In this document: positions 45,609 through 58,155 of the stretch, piece by piece
How the letters are laid out: each line of letters starts with the position of its first letter
Position numbering within the stretch: position 1 is the stretch's first letter
Assembly: GCA_965644495.1 (NCBI GenBank)
Contig: CBFFSA010000043.1
Location: forward strand, 9,001-73,000
Reading direction: 5' to 3'
Length of the DNA stretch: 64,000 nucleotides
From: Perkinsela sp. CCAP 1560/9
Lineage: Eukaryota; Protista; Euglenozoa: Kinetoplastea
Made by a program: the position numbers and the translations under genes
The notes under the pieces: model-generated
What the model saw: the letters and a program-made list of their open reading frames with translations, nothing else
Told to the model about the DNA's origin: nothing
Databases searched by the model: none

Positions 45609-48600
45609 CTATTGCTCGATTAAAGGGGGCAAAGGGTCCACAGCCGGCAGGCGCGTAATCATCATGCGTGCCTGGCAACGCATCAATGTTACGTTCATGT
45701 CGGTCACGAGACGGAGCGTAGAGGCCTCGTCTGTCAAGATACCGTTGGACGCTTTTGCCCTTCGTTCTCCAACCTTCCGGAGAACGGCTAAAGCACTGGC
45801 ACTCCAAGAGCCATAGCTCTCGACCACAATAGCTGTGAAGTCGCTTCCGGCATCTTCAGATTCACGGCGTTGTCGGACTTTCTGCTCTGAGGCATAATGC
45901 TCTGCGAAGGATCCCGCGGCCACCCAGCTAGCATTTCGGACTGTGTCCGTGTATTTAGATTGCTGGGCGTGAGTGACCGCGAAGTCAAGCACGATAGGTT
46001 TCCCGAGGAAGAGACTCGGAAGGAAGACGTCCCCGGGTCTAGTCAGAGCGCCTCCGGGGCCCCGGTTCCCGAGGCTTTTTTCCCGTTGGGGAGCTAGGCG
46101 TGCGTTACTGCAAGTATCGGCAAAGTGATCGGCCAAGGCGTTGTGACGGCCGATGATACCGTCCCCGTGCTTGCATGTGAGAGCGTGATCGCCGTGTATG
46201 TCCAATGGGAGTGTGCAGTTCCCCTTGGGACATGTACCTTCTTCCCCGTACACGGGCACACCTAACCACCAGCGGGATAGGATGCGGAATTCTGTGGGGT
46301 TAAAGGCGTGGCCCGTGTCTCTGGAAGGAGTTACGAACGCCCAGCTGCTTGCTCCTTTACCACACTGAGAAGCCCAGCGTGCGCGAGTCCGGGCGTCGGC
46401 GTTTTCATATGCGTGCGAGAACTCTGTGGCAGAGATCGCGTAACTTATGTCTTTTTGGCGGGGGACGCTATTACTTGCCCAGTCGGGTGGCTCCGCGTCA
46501 ACGCAATCTTCGGATGCGTAAAGGGGGTTTGTATCGTGTAGAAAGTCTTCGGAATGAGGCAATGCGCGGTCACGAGGAAGAGAAGGCGGATTTGCGGGTT
46601 CAAAGGGATGTCTGGTTTCTCCCTCGCGAGATCTCTTGGTGAAGCGAGCTTTGGGGGAGAGTTCTTCACATTTATGGCGCGGGATGGAACGCACGAGTCC
46701 GTTTGAGTCGAGTAGACTGATACCAACTTTCGAATTCACGTCTTCAATCGATTGTAGAAAGCCCTCCACTTCTGAAGCATCCCATGAGTCCGTGGCCGCC
46801 GCGAAAACTACAGAGGAGGCGTAAGCGGAGGATGCGTGCACGGTCGCCGATTTTAAACCGAAACCTCCGTGTCTTTTCAAGCGCTGAATTTGGGCGCGTG
46901 CGGAGGGAGGCAAAGGACATAGAGTGGATTCGACCGCGTGCATTAGGAAGTCGTCGAGCCGCTTGCAGAGGTTCATAACTGATTGCGGGGGCGTCGTTCG
47001 TAGAGCATGTACCAATTTGCAGAATCCAGCACATTGTCGAATTAGCGCCATGGCTACCTGGGGGTCCCGGATTCTGGTTATGGCATCAAGGGCCATTTCG
47101 GCGGGCTCAACCGCGTGTGTCAGCAGATATTCAGTACAGTACTCAGGGGACCCAATTGGGCTTCCTAGGACACTAAAGTTACCGCACACGTTTATTTTGG
47201 CGTCGGGTATGTCCGGAAATATGGTTACAACGTTAGCCGAGGCAGGGGGGGTGATTATTTCGCACTTGGACATGTTCAGATATAGGCCCCATCGCGGACC
47301 TACTCTGGCGATTGTATCCAACGAATTCCTGACGTCTTCTGCCCTGCCAATGAGAATCCCGTCGTCTAGGTACCATAGCTGCAAGTCCAGGTCGGCCTGG
47401 TGATAGATTTCTTTTGCAAGTTCCAAGGAGACCAGTGAAAAGAAAAGTGGTCCCAGGGGATCGCCCTGTTGGACGCCTTCATCCGAAAGGAGTGTGTGGT
47501 CACGATAGGTCAAAGCACTAGTTGTCGTATAGCACCAGCTAGCCCAGGGGAACAATTCCGGAAAATGATCGCCTACAAGTTTCAAGAAAGTTGCTCTGCT
47601 AACGTTGTTGAATGCGTTGCTTAGGTCGACTTTACATAATACCATGTCGGGGTTGTCCGTATGAATTGTCATTGCGTGCCGGCAAGTGTGAATTATTCGT
47701 TCCGAACCGGCCGGTGTCGCGACGCCGAACTGTAGTCCCTTAAAAAATTCCCTGGCTTTGCTCCTCACTGCATTGCAAGCCGCTTTGCTTACCAATCGAC
47801 GTATCGTTTCTCCCGCTGCTATGGGGCGGACGTCATTTTCGCCCTTTTCAAGCGCGCAAAGTCTGGCTCCCGCAAAATATGGTTGTACCTCTAGGGGTGC
47901 TTTCCCGGCTAGTAGATGATTCACGAGGTTTTTAAGGGCAGTAAGGGGTTTCACGGTGTTATCTACGTGCGCCAGGAGTACAGCTTGCAAGTGCTTGGGT
48001 CGTAAACCCATGGTTCCGGACGAGGAACCCCGGTGAAAGCTCTTGATAGTTTTCGCTACCACGGGTTCATCCATTATTGGGGGCGCTGTGGGCGGAGGCG
48101 TATAGTCGATGATGTCACTGTCTGGATGTCGGGGCGGGTGCTTGCTCTGAAGTTTGAGGAGTGTATCTTCGTCGTCAGGCGCCATAGCATCCGCCGTGAG
48201 TGCAGCCATACCCCTAGAGTACTCGCCTTGTCGAGCTAGAAGCTCTGCTCGGATAGCTGCCTTTTCCTCTTCGTCGTGAACGGTTGTAGGGGCTACAGAT
48301 TGTTTCTTGAGTGCGTTGTCTACTGCTTCATTCCATAGGGAGACATAATCTTGCGCGAGCCATCGGTTCATGCACTTCTGGACGTATGATGCGTAAGTTG
48401 TGTGGTTCTTACGTCCTCCTCGGTGTGGGGCGGGTAGTAAGCACTTGGGGAGCATGGCGAATAGGGTCTACGCGGCTGTAGAGTTTTCGGTGACTGCGTT
48501 TTGGGCTGCTTTGGTGATAATTTCTCCCCACAGTTGACGGCAACGTGGAGGCACGTCCTTGCAAGTGTTCAGGCGCAGCGTGCAGATAGAGGATAGCGAG

Positions 48601-49475
48601 GGAAGTTCAGAGTGATGAGTTTGAGTCCCCGGAAGGTGGCTTGGGTCGCTCGAGTGTGCTGCGCGCGATGGGATTTGGGGGTTCGCAACGTTCCCTTTGC
48701 AGGCTTGTGGATGAGCTTCCCTTTTGTTGATGTCATAATGGCGCCCGCATAAGTTGCAAAGAAATCGGCCTTCTGCATCCCACCAGGTAGCGGGAACTCC
48801 GTTTCCGTGGCGACACGCGACGTGGTTATAAAACGCTTGCCAAGACCCTCCGTGCGGCAAACTTCTCCAAGTGCATCCCATGGCCGGACATTCCCGAGTC
48901 TCTTCTCTTGTTTGTGTCTTTTCAGCGAAGTTATTTTGGTTTGCGGCGTGTCGCGGTGAAGAGAAATATGTCCGGGGCTCCGGTGTTCGCCTTGACGAGC
49001 GCGAGTCCGCTTTGGTCACTCCTTTCGATGGGGAAGTGTTTCGACCTTGGTGGGAAAGAGCATCCTTCACTGCGGATTTGAGCGTCCGAGCTTCATCGGG
49101 GATCTTTGATGTGGGTGTAGCCTCGTGAGTAATTTTCTGCCTTCTCACTCCACAGTGCTGCATCTCCTCGTCTTCGGCCTCTACGTGGCCCGTGTCTGGG
49201 GTTTCCTTTTCCTGGGAGATGTGACGTGCGCGTTCCAACCATTCCTTAGGAATATTCGCCGGGATTGGTGTAATGTAGAGTTGTTCGTCGTATGTGCTGA
49301 CAGCGCGAATCAAATGCTTGTTTCCTTGGAATTGGTCCCAACTGCCGAGAGAGTGCGCACGTTCTTCGTCGGCGAGAGCGCCTACGCTGAGAGTTCCTTC
49401 CTTTGCACTCATATGGAATGAGGGGTGGTCCTCGTTCGAGCGTGCGGGGCTCTGAGGAGTATTGGTTTGCGTCAT
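45609..49475 (-). mobile_element. Full-length family A element with in-frame TAG (48468-48470) at a conserved Trp; SL at 49515-49549
   Basis: ORFs 48468..49520 and 45609..48455 are in the same frame. ENSTAA*TLFAMLPKC aligns to DNTVEAWTLLAMLPKC. Confidence 0.92.
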
Positions 49476-50967
49476 AAAAGAGCTGGGCCCCGAGAGAATA
49501 CTACGTAAAAAATTCAACAAGGTACAGAAACTGTATCTTTATCGTTAAATAAATCTTTATCGTTTTTTTTTTTGCTTATCCAGCAAATTCGACTGTTTGT
49601 CTTCCGATACATCGTTTTCCTGCACTGTGTCGTTCTCCTCTCTCAGAGGCCTCCGTCGTCTAGTTCTCCCCGTCGCCGCTTTTTTTTTTTTTTTTTTACG
49701 AGTTGAAAACAAGCAATCAAATTAGCAATTCTTTTTTCTTTCCACAGATGTATCTTTTTTCTCAGCCCAAAACTAGCAATTTAGTCTCCCCTAAGTACAT
49801 ATTACCTTTTTTTTTATTAAGACAACGTTTTTTATTAAGACAACGTTTTTTATTAAGACAACGTTTTTTTTTTTTTGTATGTACGGTATGACTTTCTCAC
49901 TTACTTTCCTACTTGCTCAACTTCTTTCCCTCACTTCCCCCCATTTTGGAAACGAGCAAAATATAAAACTAGTAAATATATGCTTTCCCATCTTACCCAC
50001 TTCCCTTTACCAATCTTTTCAGCTTTCCAGGGAGGGTGAGGTCTCCCTCTGCTAGGAGGGGCAGACTTTCCCCTAACCATTCGCGCGTTCCGGACCGGGT
50101 CTTTCGACCTCTCCCAGCTTGCCTTGTTAACCCTTCTCTTGTTGTACGAGAGGGCGCAAGCAATGGGCCTGTGCCGACAGCGGCACGGTCGCGGAGCATG
50201 ATGCTGGCCGACGGGGAGGAACAAAGTTCCCAGCCCTTGTCCTACCTCACTTGGAGTACCTAGACCTGGCGGACTAGGCGTGAGATTTTTTTTTTTTTTT
50301 TTTGAAAACAAGCAATCAAATTAGCAATTCTTTTTCTTTCCACAGATGTACCTTTTTTCTCAGCCCAAAACTAGCAATTTAATCCCCCCTAAGTATATAT
50401 TACCTTTTTTTTTATATTAAGACAACGTTTTTTATTAAGACAACGTTTTTTATTAAGACAACGTTTTTTTTTTTGTATGTACGGTATGACTTTCTCACTT
50501 ACTTTCCTACTTGCTCAACTTATTTCCCTCACTTCCCCCCATTTTGGAAACGAGCAAAATATAAAACTAGTAAATATATGCTTTCCCATCTTACCCACTT
50601 CCCCTTACCAGTCTTACCAGCTTTCCAGGGAGGGTAAGTTCTCCCTCGGCTAGGAGGGGCAGACTTTCCCCGAACCATTCGCGCGTTCCGGACCGGGTCT
50701 TTCGACCTCTCCCAGCTTGCCTTGTTAACCCTTCTCTTGTTGTACGAGAGGGCGCAAGCAAAGGGCCTGTGCCGACAGCGGCACGGTCGCGGAGCATGAT
50801 GCTGGCCGACGGGGAGGAACAAAGTTCCCTACCCATGTCCTACCTCACTTGGAGTACCTAGCCCTGGCGGACTAGGCGTGAGCATAGACCCTGCCGGCAT
50901 CGACCAGCATCCGGACCAGCTGTTCGAGTTCCGGCTGAGCGGTCCATCTTGCACATCCGTCATCGTG

Positions 50968-53900
50968 CTATTGCTCGATTAAAGGGGGCAAAGGGTCCAC
51001 AGCCGGCAGGCGCGTAATCATCATGCGTGCCTGGCAACGCATCAATGTTACGTTCATGTCGGTCACGAGACGGAGCGTAGAGGCCTCGTCTGTCAAGATA
51101 CCGTTGGACGCTTTTGCCCTTCGTTCTCCAACCTTCCGGAGAACGGCTAAAGCACTGGCACTCCAAGAGCCATAGCTCTCGACCACAATAGCTGTGAAGT
51201 CGCTTCCGGCATCTTCAGATTCACGGCGTTGTCGGACTTTCTGCTCTGAGGCATAATGCTCTGCGAAGGATCCCGCGGCCACCCAGCTAGCATTTCGGAC
51301 TGTGTCCGTGTATTTAGATTGCTGGGCGTGAGTGACCGCGAAGTCAAGCACGATAGGTTTCCCGAGGAAGAGACTCGGAAGGAAGACGTCCCCGGGTCTA
51401 GTCAGAGCGCCTCCGGGGCCCCGGTTCCCGAGGCTTTTTTCCCGTTGGGGAGCTAGGCGTGCGTTACTGCAAGTATCGGCAAAGTGATCGGCCAAGGCGT
51501 TGTGACGGCCGATGATACCGTCCCCGTGCTTGCATGTGAGAGCGTGATCGCCGTGTATGTCCAATGGGAGTGTGCAGTTCCCCTTGGGACATGTACCTTC
51601 TTCCCCGTACACGGGCACACCTAACCACCAGCGGGATAGGATGCGGAATTCTGTGGGGTTAAAGGCGTGGCCCGTGTCTCTGGAAGGAGTTACGAACGCC
51701 CAGCTGCTTGCTCCTTTACCACACTGAGAAGCCCAGCGTGCGCGAGTCCGGGCGTCGGCGTTTTCATATGCGTGCGAGAACTCTGTGGCAGAGATCGCGT
51801 AACTTATGTCTTTTTGGCGGGGGACGCTATTACTTGCCCAGTCGGGTGGCTCCGCGTCAACGCAATCTTCGGATGCGTAAAGGGGGTTTGTATCGTGTAG
51901 AAAGTCTTCGGAATGAGGCAATGCGCGGTCACGAGGAAGAGAAGGCGGATTTGCGGGTTCAAAGGGATGTCTGGTTTCTCCCTCGCGAGATCTCTTGGTG
52001 AAGCGAGCTTTGGGGGAGAGTTCTTCACATTTATGGCGCGGGATGGAACGCACGAGTCCGTTTGAGTCGAGTAGACTGATACCAACTTTCGAATTCACGT
52101 CTTCAATCGATTGTAGAAAGCCCTCCACTTCTGAAGCATCCCATGAGTCCGTGGCCGCCGCGAAAACTACAGAGGAGGCGTAAGCGGAGGATGCGTGCAC
52201 GGTCGCCGATTTTAAACCGAAACCTCCGTGTCTTTTCAAGCGCTGAATTTGGGCGCGTGCGGAGGGAGGCAAAGGACATAGAGTGGATTCGACCGCGTGC
52301 ATTAGGAAGTCGTCGAGCCGCTTGCAGAGGTTCATAACTGATTGCGGGGGCGTCGTTCGTAGAGCATGTACCAATTTGCAGAATCCAGCACATTGTCGAA
52401 TTAGCGCCATGGCTACCTGGGGGTCCCGGATTCTGGTTATGGCATCAAGGGCCATTTCGGCGGGCTCAACCGCGTGTGTCAGCAGATATTCAGTACAGTA
52501 CTCAGGGGACCCAATTGGGCTTCCTAGGACACTAAAGTTACCGCACACGTTTATTTTGGCATCGGGTATGTCCGGAAATATGGTTACAACGTTAGCCGAG
52601 GCAGGGGGGGTGATTATTTCGCACTTGGACATGTTCAGATATAGGCCCCATCGCGGACCTACTCTGGCGATTGTATCCAACGAATTCCTGACGTCTTCTG
52701 CCCTGCCAATGAGAATCCCGTCGTCTAGGTACCATAGCTGCAAGTCCAGGTCGGCCTGGTGATAGATTTCTTTTGCAAATTCCAAGGAGACCAGTGAAAA
52801 GAAAAGTGGTCCCAGGGGATCGCCCTGTTGGACGCCTTCATCCGAAAGGAGTGTGTGGTCACGATAGGTCAAAGCACTAGTTGTCGTATAGCACCAGCTA
52901 GCCCAGGGGAACAATTCCGGAAAATGATCGCCTACAAGTTTCAAGAAAGTTGCTCTGCTAACGTTGTTGAATGCGTTGCTTAGGTCGACTTTACATAATA
53001 CCATGTCGGGGTTGTCCGTATGAATTGTCATTGCGTGCCGGCAAGTGTGAATTATTCGTTCCGAACCGGCCGGTGTCGCGACGCCGAACTGTAGTCCCTT
53101 AAAAAATTCCCTGGCTTTGCTCCTCACTGCATTGCAAGCCGCTTTGCTTACCAATCGACGTATCGTTTCTCCCGCTGCTATGGGGCGGACGTCATTTTCG
53201 CCCTTTTCAAGCGCGCAAAGTCTGGCTCCCGCAAAATATGGTTGTACCTCTAGGGGTGCTTTCCCGGCTAGTAGATGATTCACGAGGTTTTTAAGGGCAG
53301 TAAGGGGTTTCACGGTGTTATCTACGTGCGCCAGGAGTACAGCTTGCAAGTGCTCGGGTCGTAAACCCATGGTTCCGGACGAGGAACCCCGGTGAAAGCT
53401 CTTGATAGTTTTCGCTACCACGGGTTCATCCATTATTGGGGGCGCTGTGGGCGGAGGCGTATAGTCGATGATGTCACTGTCTGGATGTCGGGGCGGGTGC
53501 TTGCTCTGAAGTTTGAGGAGTGTATCTTCGTCGTCAGGCGCCATAGCATCCGCCGTGAGTGCAGCCATACCCCTAGAGTACTCGCCTTGTCGAGCTAGAA
53601 GCTCTGCTCGGATAGCTGCCTTTTCCTCTTCGTCGTGAACGGTTGTAGGGGCTACAGATTGTTTCTTGAGTGCGTTGTCTACTGCTTCATTCCATAGGGA
53701 GACATAATCTTGCGCGAGCCATCGGTTCATGCACTTCTGGACGTATGATGCGTAAGTTGTGTGGTTCTTACGTCCTCCTCGGTGTGGGGCGGGTAGTAAG
53801 CACTTGGGGAGCATGGCGAATAGGGTCTACGCGGCTGTAGAGTTTTCGGTGACTGCGTTTTGGGCTGCTTTGGTGATAATTTCTCCCCACAGTTGACGGC

Positions 53901-54834
53901 AACGTGGAGGCACGTCCTTGCAAGTGTTCAGGCGCAGCGTGCAGATAGAGGATAGCGAGGGAAGTTCAGAGTGATGAGTTTGAGTCCCCGGAAGGTGGCT
54001 TGGGTCGCTCGAGTGTGCTGCGCGCGATGGGATTTGGGGGTTCGCAACGTTCCCTTTGCAGGCTTGTGGATGAGCTTCCCTTTTGTTGATGTCATAATGG
54101 CGCCCGCATAAGTTGCAAAGAAATCGGCCTTCTGCATCCCACCAGGTAGCGGGAACTCCGTTTCCGTGGCGACACGCGACGTGGTTATAAAACGCTTGCC
54201 AAGACCCTCCGTGCGGCAGACTTCTCCAAGTGCATCCCATGGCCGGACATTCCCGAGTCTCTTCTCTTGTTTGTGTCTTTTCAGCGAAGTTATTTTGGTT
54301 TGCGGCGTGTCGCGGTGAAGAGAAATATGTCCGGGGCTCCGGTGTTCGCCTTGACGAGCGCGAGTCCGCTTTGGTCACTCCTTTCGATGGGGAAGTGTTT
54401 CGACCTTGGTGGGAAAGAGCATCCTTCACTGCGGATTTGAGCGTCCGAGCTTCATCGGGGATCTTTGATGTGGGTGTAGCCTCGTGAGTAATTTTCTGCC
54501 TTCTCACTCCACAGTGCTGCATCTCCTCGTCTTCGGCCTCTACGTGGCCCGTGTCTGGGGTTTCCTTTTCCTGGGAGATGTGACGTGCGCGTTCCAACCA
54601 TTCCTTAGGAATATTCGCCGGGATTGGTGTAGTGTAGAGTTGTTCGTCGTATGTGCTGACAGCGCGAATCAAATGCTTGTTTCCTTGGAATTGGTCCCAA
54701 CTGCCGAGAGAGTGCGCACGTTCTTCGTCGGCGAGAGCGCCTACGCTGAGAGTTCCTTCCTTTGCACTCATATGGAATGAGGGGTGGTCCTCGTTCGAGC
54801 GTGCGGGGCTCTGAGGAGTATTGGTTTGCGTCAT
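50968..54834 (-). mobile_element. Near-identical tandem duplicate of 45609-49475 (offset 5359); SL at 54874-54908
   Basis: Same ORF pattern and the same TAG. Only a few substitutions (K/E, L/F, I/T). Confidence 0.93.
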
Positions 54835-56826
54835 AAAAGAGCTGGGCCCCGAGAGAATACTACGTAAAAAATTCAACAAGGTACAGAAACTGTATCTTTA
54901 TCGTTAAATAAATCTTTATCGTTTTTTTTTTTGCTTATCCAGCAAATTCGACTGTTTGTCTTCCGATACATCGTTTTCCTGCACTGTGTCGTTCTCCTCT
55001 CTCAGAGGCCTCCGTCGTCTAGTTCTCCCCGTCGCCGCTTTTTTTTTTATTTTTCGATTAATAAGGGGGGAGAAGTATGAAACGCGGCATTGCCTCTATA
55101 TTACCCAATACATGAACCATGAAGGTCCATTGGGGGGGTATATGATTTGTAAACAAGCAATCAAATTAGCAATTTCACATGTTGTAGCCCAAAACTAGTA
55201 ATTCAACCTGCCTTAAGTTATTTATGATTCTGATAACAATAATAATAAAAAAGGAAGCAATCCACGCCCAATCCATCCGCGCGTTCCGGACCGGGTCTTT
55301 CGACCTCACCACGGCCTGACTTGTGGACCCTTCCCTTGTTATATGGGAGGGCGCAGGCGCGGGCCTGTGTCGACAGCGACACGGTCGCGAAACAGGAAGC
55401 TGGTCGACGGGGAGGAGATTCACTACCCGTGTACTACCTCACTTGGGGTACCTAGCCCTCGGCGAGCTAGGCGTGAGCATAGACTCTGTCGACTCGACCA
55501 GCTTCCAGATCAGTTGTTTCCGAGGGCGCTAACGTGGGCCTGTGCCGACAACGGTGTGGTTAGGAAACGATTATCCCACGAGGGCTACTTTTTTTTTTTT
55601 TTTTTTTTTACGAGTTGAAAACAAGCAATCAAATTAGCAATTCTTTTTTCTTTCCACAGATGTATCTTTTTTCTCAGCCCAAAACTAGCAATTTAGTCTC
55701 CCCTAAGTACATATTACCTTTTTTTTTTTTATTAAGACAACGTTTTTTTTTTTTTTGTATGTACGGTATGACTTTCTCACTTACTTTCCTACTTGCTCAA
55801 CTTCTTTCCCTCACTTCCCCCCATTTTGGAAACGAGCAAAATATAAAACTAGTAAATATATGCTTTCCCATCTTACCCACTTCCCTTTACCAATCTTTTC
55901 AGCTTTCCAGGGAGGGTGAGGTCTCCCTCTGCTAGGAGGGGCAGACTTTCCCCTAACCATTCGCGCGTTCCGGACCGGGTCTTTCGACCTCTCCCAGCTT
56001 GCCTTGTTAACCCTTCTCTTGTTGTACGAGAGGGCGCAAGCAATGGGCCTGTGCCGACAGCGGCACGGTCGCGGAGCATGATGCTGGCCGACGGGGAGGA
56101 ACAAAGTTCCCAGCCCTTGTCCTACCTCACTTGGAGTACCTAGACCTGGCGGACTAGGCGTGAGATTTTTTTTTTTTTTTTTTTGAAAACAAGCAATCAA
56201 ATTAGCAATTCTTTTTCTTTCCACAGATGTACCTTTTTTCTCAGCCCAAAACTAGCAATTTAATCCCCCCTAAGTATATATATATATATTTTTTTTTTGT
56301 AATAAATAGGGGGGGAGAAGTATAAAACGCGGCATTGCCTCTATATTTTTACTCCGTAGACGAACCAAGTAGGTCCATTGGGGTGGGGTATATGATTTGT
56401 AAGCAAGCAATCAAATTAGTAATTTCACATGTTGTAGCCCAAAACTAATAATTCAACCTGCCTTAAGTTACAGTATTTATGATTTTGATAACAATAATAA
56501 TAAAAAGAAGCAATTTATGCCCAATCCATTCGCGCGTTCCGGACCGGGTCTTTCGACCTCTCCACGGCCTGACTTGTGAACCTTTCCCTTGTTATATGGG
56601 AGGGCGCAGGCGCTGGCCTGTGTCGACAGCGACACGGTCGCGAAACAGGATGCTGGCCGACGGGGAGGAGATTCACTACCCGTGTACTACCTCACTTGGG
56701 GTACCTAGCCCTCGCGGGCTAGGCGTGAGTATAGACTCTGTCGACTCGACCAGCATCCCGACCAGCTCTTCATGGGCGCAAACGTGTTCCCGTGCCAAAA
56801 GGGGCGCGGTCGACGTTTACGAACGT

Positions 56827-57697
56827 TTACACCTCCGTAGGAGAGAGCGGATCCTCAGGAAGTAAACGAGTAACCATCATGCGCGCCTGAAGGCGCATGA
56901 GGGTGACGTTCAGCTCCGTAAAGATTCTGCTCGTGGCTTCCCCCTCTGTCAATAACCCATACGAGGCATGTGAGAGACGTTCCCCAACTTTGCAGATCAC
57001 TGCTGAAGCACTGGGGCTCCAGGCGCCATAGCTTTCGACCACCATGGCCGTAAAGTCACACCCGGCGTCAACGGCTTCCCGGCGCTGCCTACCCTTCTCC
57101 ATGGAGGAATAATGCTCGGCAAACGACCCCGCGGTTACCCAGCTAGCGTTCCGGACTTTGTCCGTATATTTTAGTTGCTGAGCATGGGTGACCGCGAAGT
57201 CAAGCACGATGGGATTCCCCAAGAAAAGACTGCGCAGGTATACGTCGCCAGGTCTGGTGAGGGCCCCCCCTGGGCCTCTGTTGCCAAGACTTTTCTCCCG
57301 TTGTGGGGCCAGTTTGGCTCTGCTGCAAAGGTCCGTGAACTGATCTGCCACGGCATTGTGCCTCGCGATAATTCCGTTGTCGTGCTTGCAAGACAATGCG
57401 TGGTCCCCTTTTGTGTCGAGTGGAAGAGGGCATTTCGGCATAGGACACTTCCCTTCTTCAGGGTAAACATCGATCCCTAACCACCAACGGGCCAAGGTTC
57501 GAAATGCTGTAGGGGTAAAGGAATACCCCATGTCCTTAGACGGGGTTACAAAAGCCCAGCTGCTTGCCCCTTTACCGCACTGAGATATCCATCGTGCTCG
57601 TGTCCGCACATCTGACATTTCGTATGATTGGGAGAAATCGTGGGCCGCGATCGCGTAGCTAATGTCTCGCTGGCGAGGGATCTTCCCTTTCAACCAT
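56827..57697 (-). mobile_element. 5'-truncated family A copy (CCHC + RLE)
   Basis: IPRQRDIS..RARWISQ..RPGDVY..LDFAVTH, followed by the structured 3' RNA. Confidence 0.88.
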
Positions 57698-58155
57698 TGC
57701 GGGGGGGATTTTTTTTTTTGTTTTTTTTTTGGGGGGGGGATACGAGTTGAAAACAAGCAATCAAATTAGCAATTCTTTTTCTTTCCACAGATGTACCTTT
57801 TTTCTCAGCCCAAAACTAGCAATTTAGTCTCCCCTAAGTATATACTACAAACAAGAAAAACAGTAAAAATTAAAACAAGCAATCCACGCCCAATCCATTC
57901 GCGCGTTCCGGACCGGGTCTTTCGACCTCTCCACGGCCTGACTTGTGGACCCTTCCCTTGTTATACAGGAGGGCGCAGGCGCGGGCCTGTGTCGACAGCG
58001 ACACGGTCGCGAAACAGGATGCTGGCCGACGGGGAGGAGATTCACTACCCGTGTACTACCTCACTTGGAGTACCTAGCCCTCGCGGGCTAGGCGTGAGTA
58101 TAGACTCTGTCGACTCGACCAACATCCGGACCAGAGGATGCAAGAGAGGATGGAA

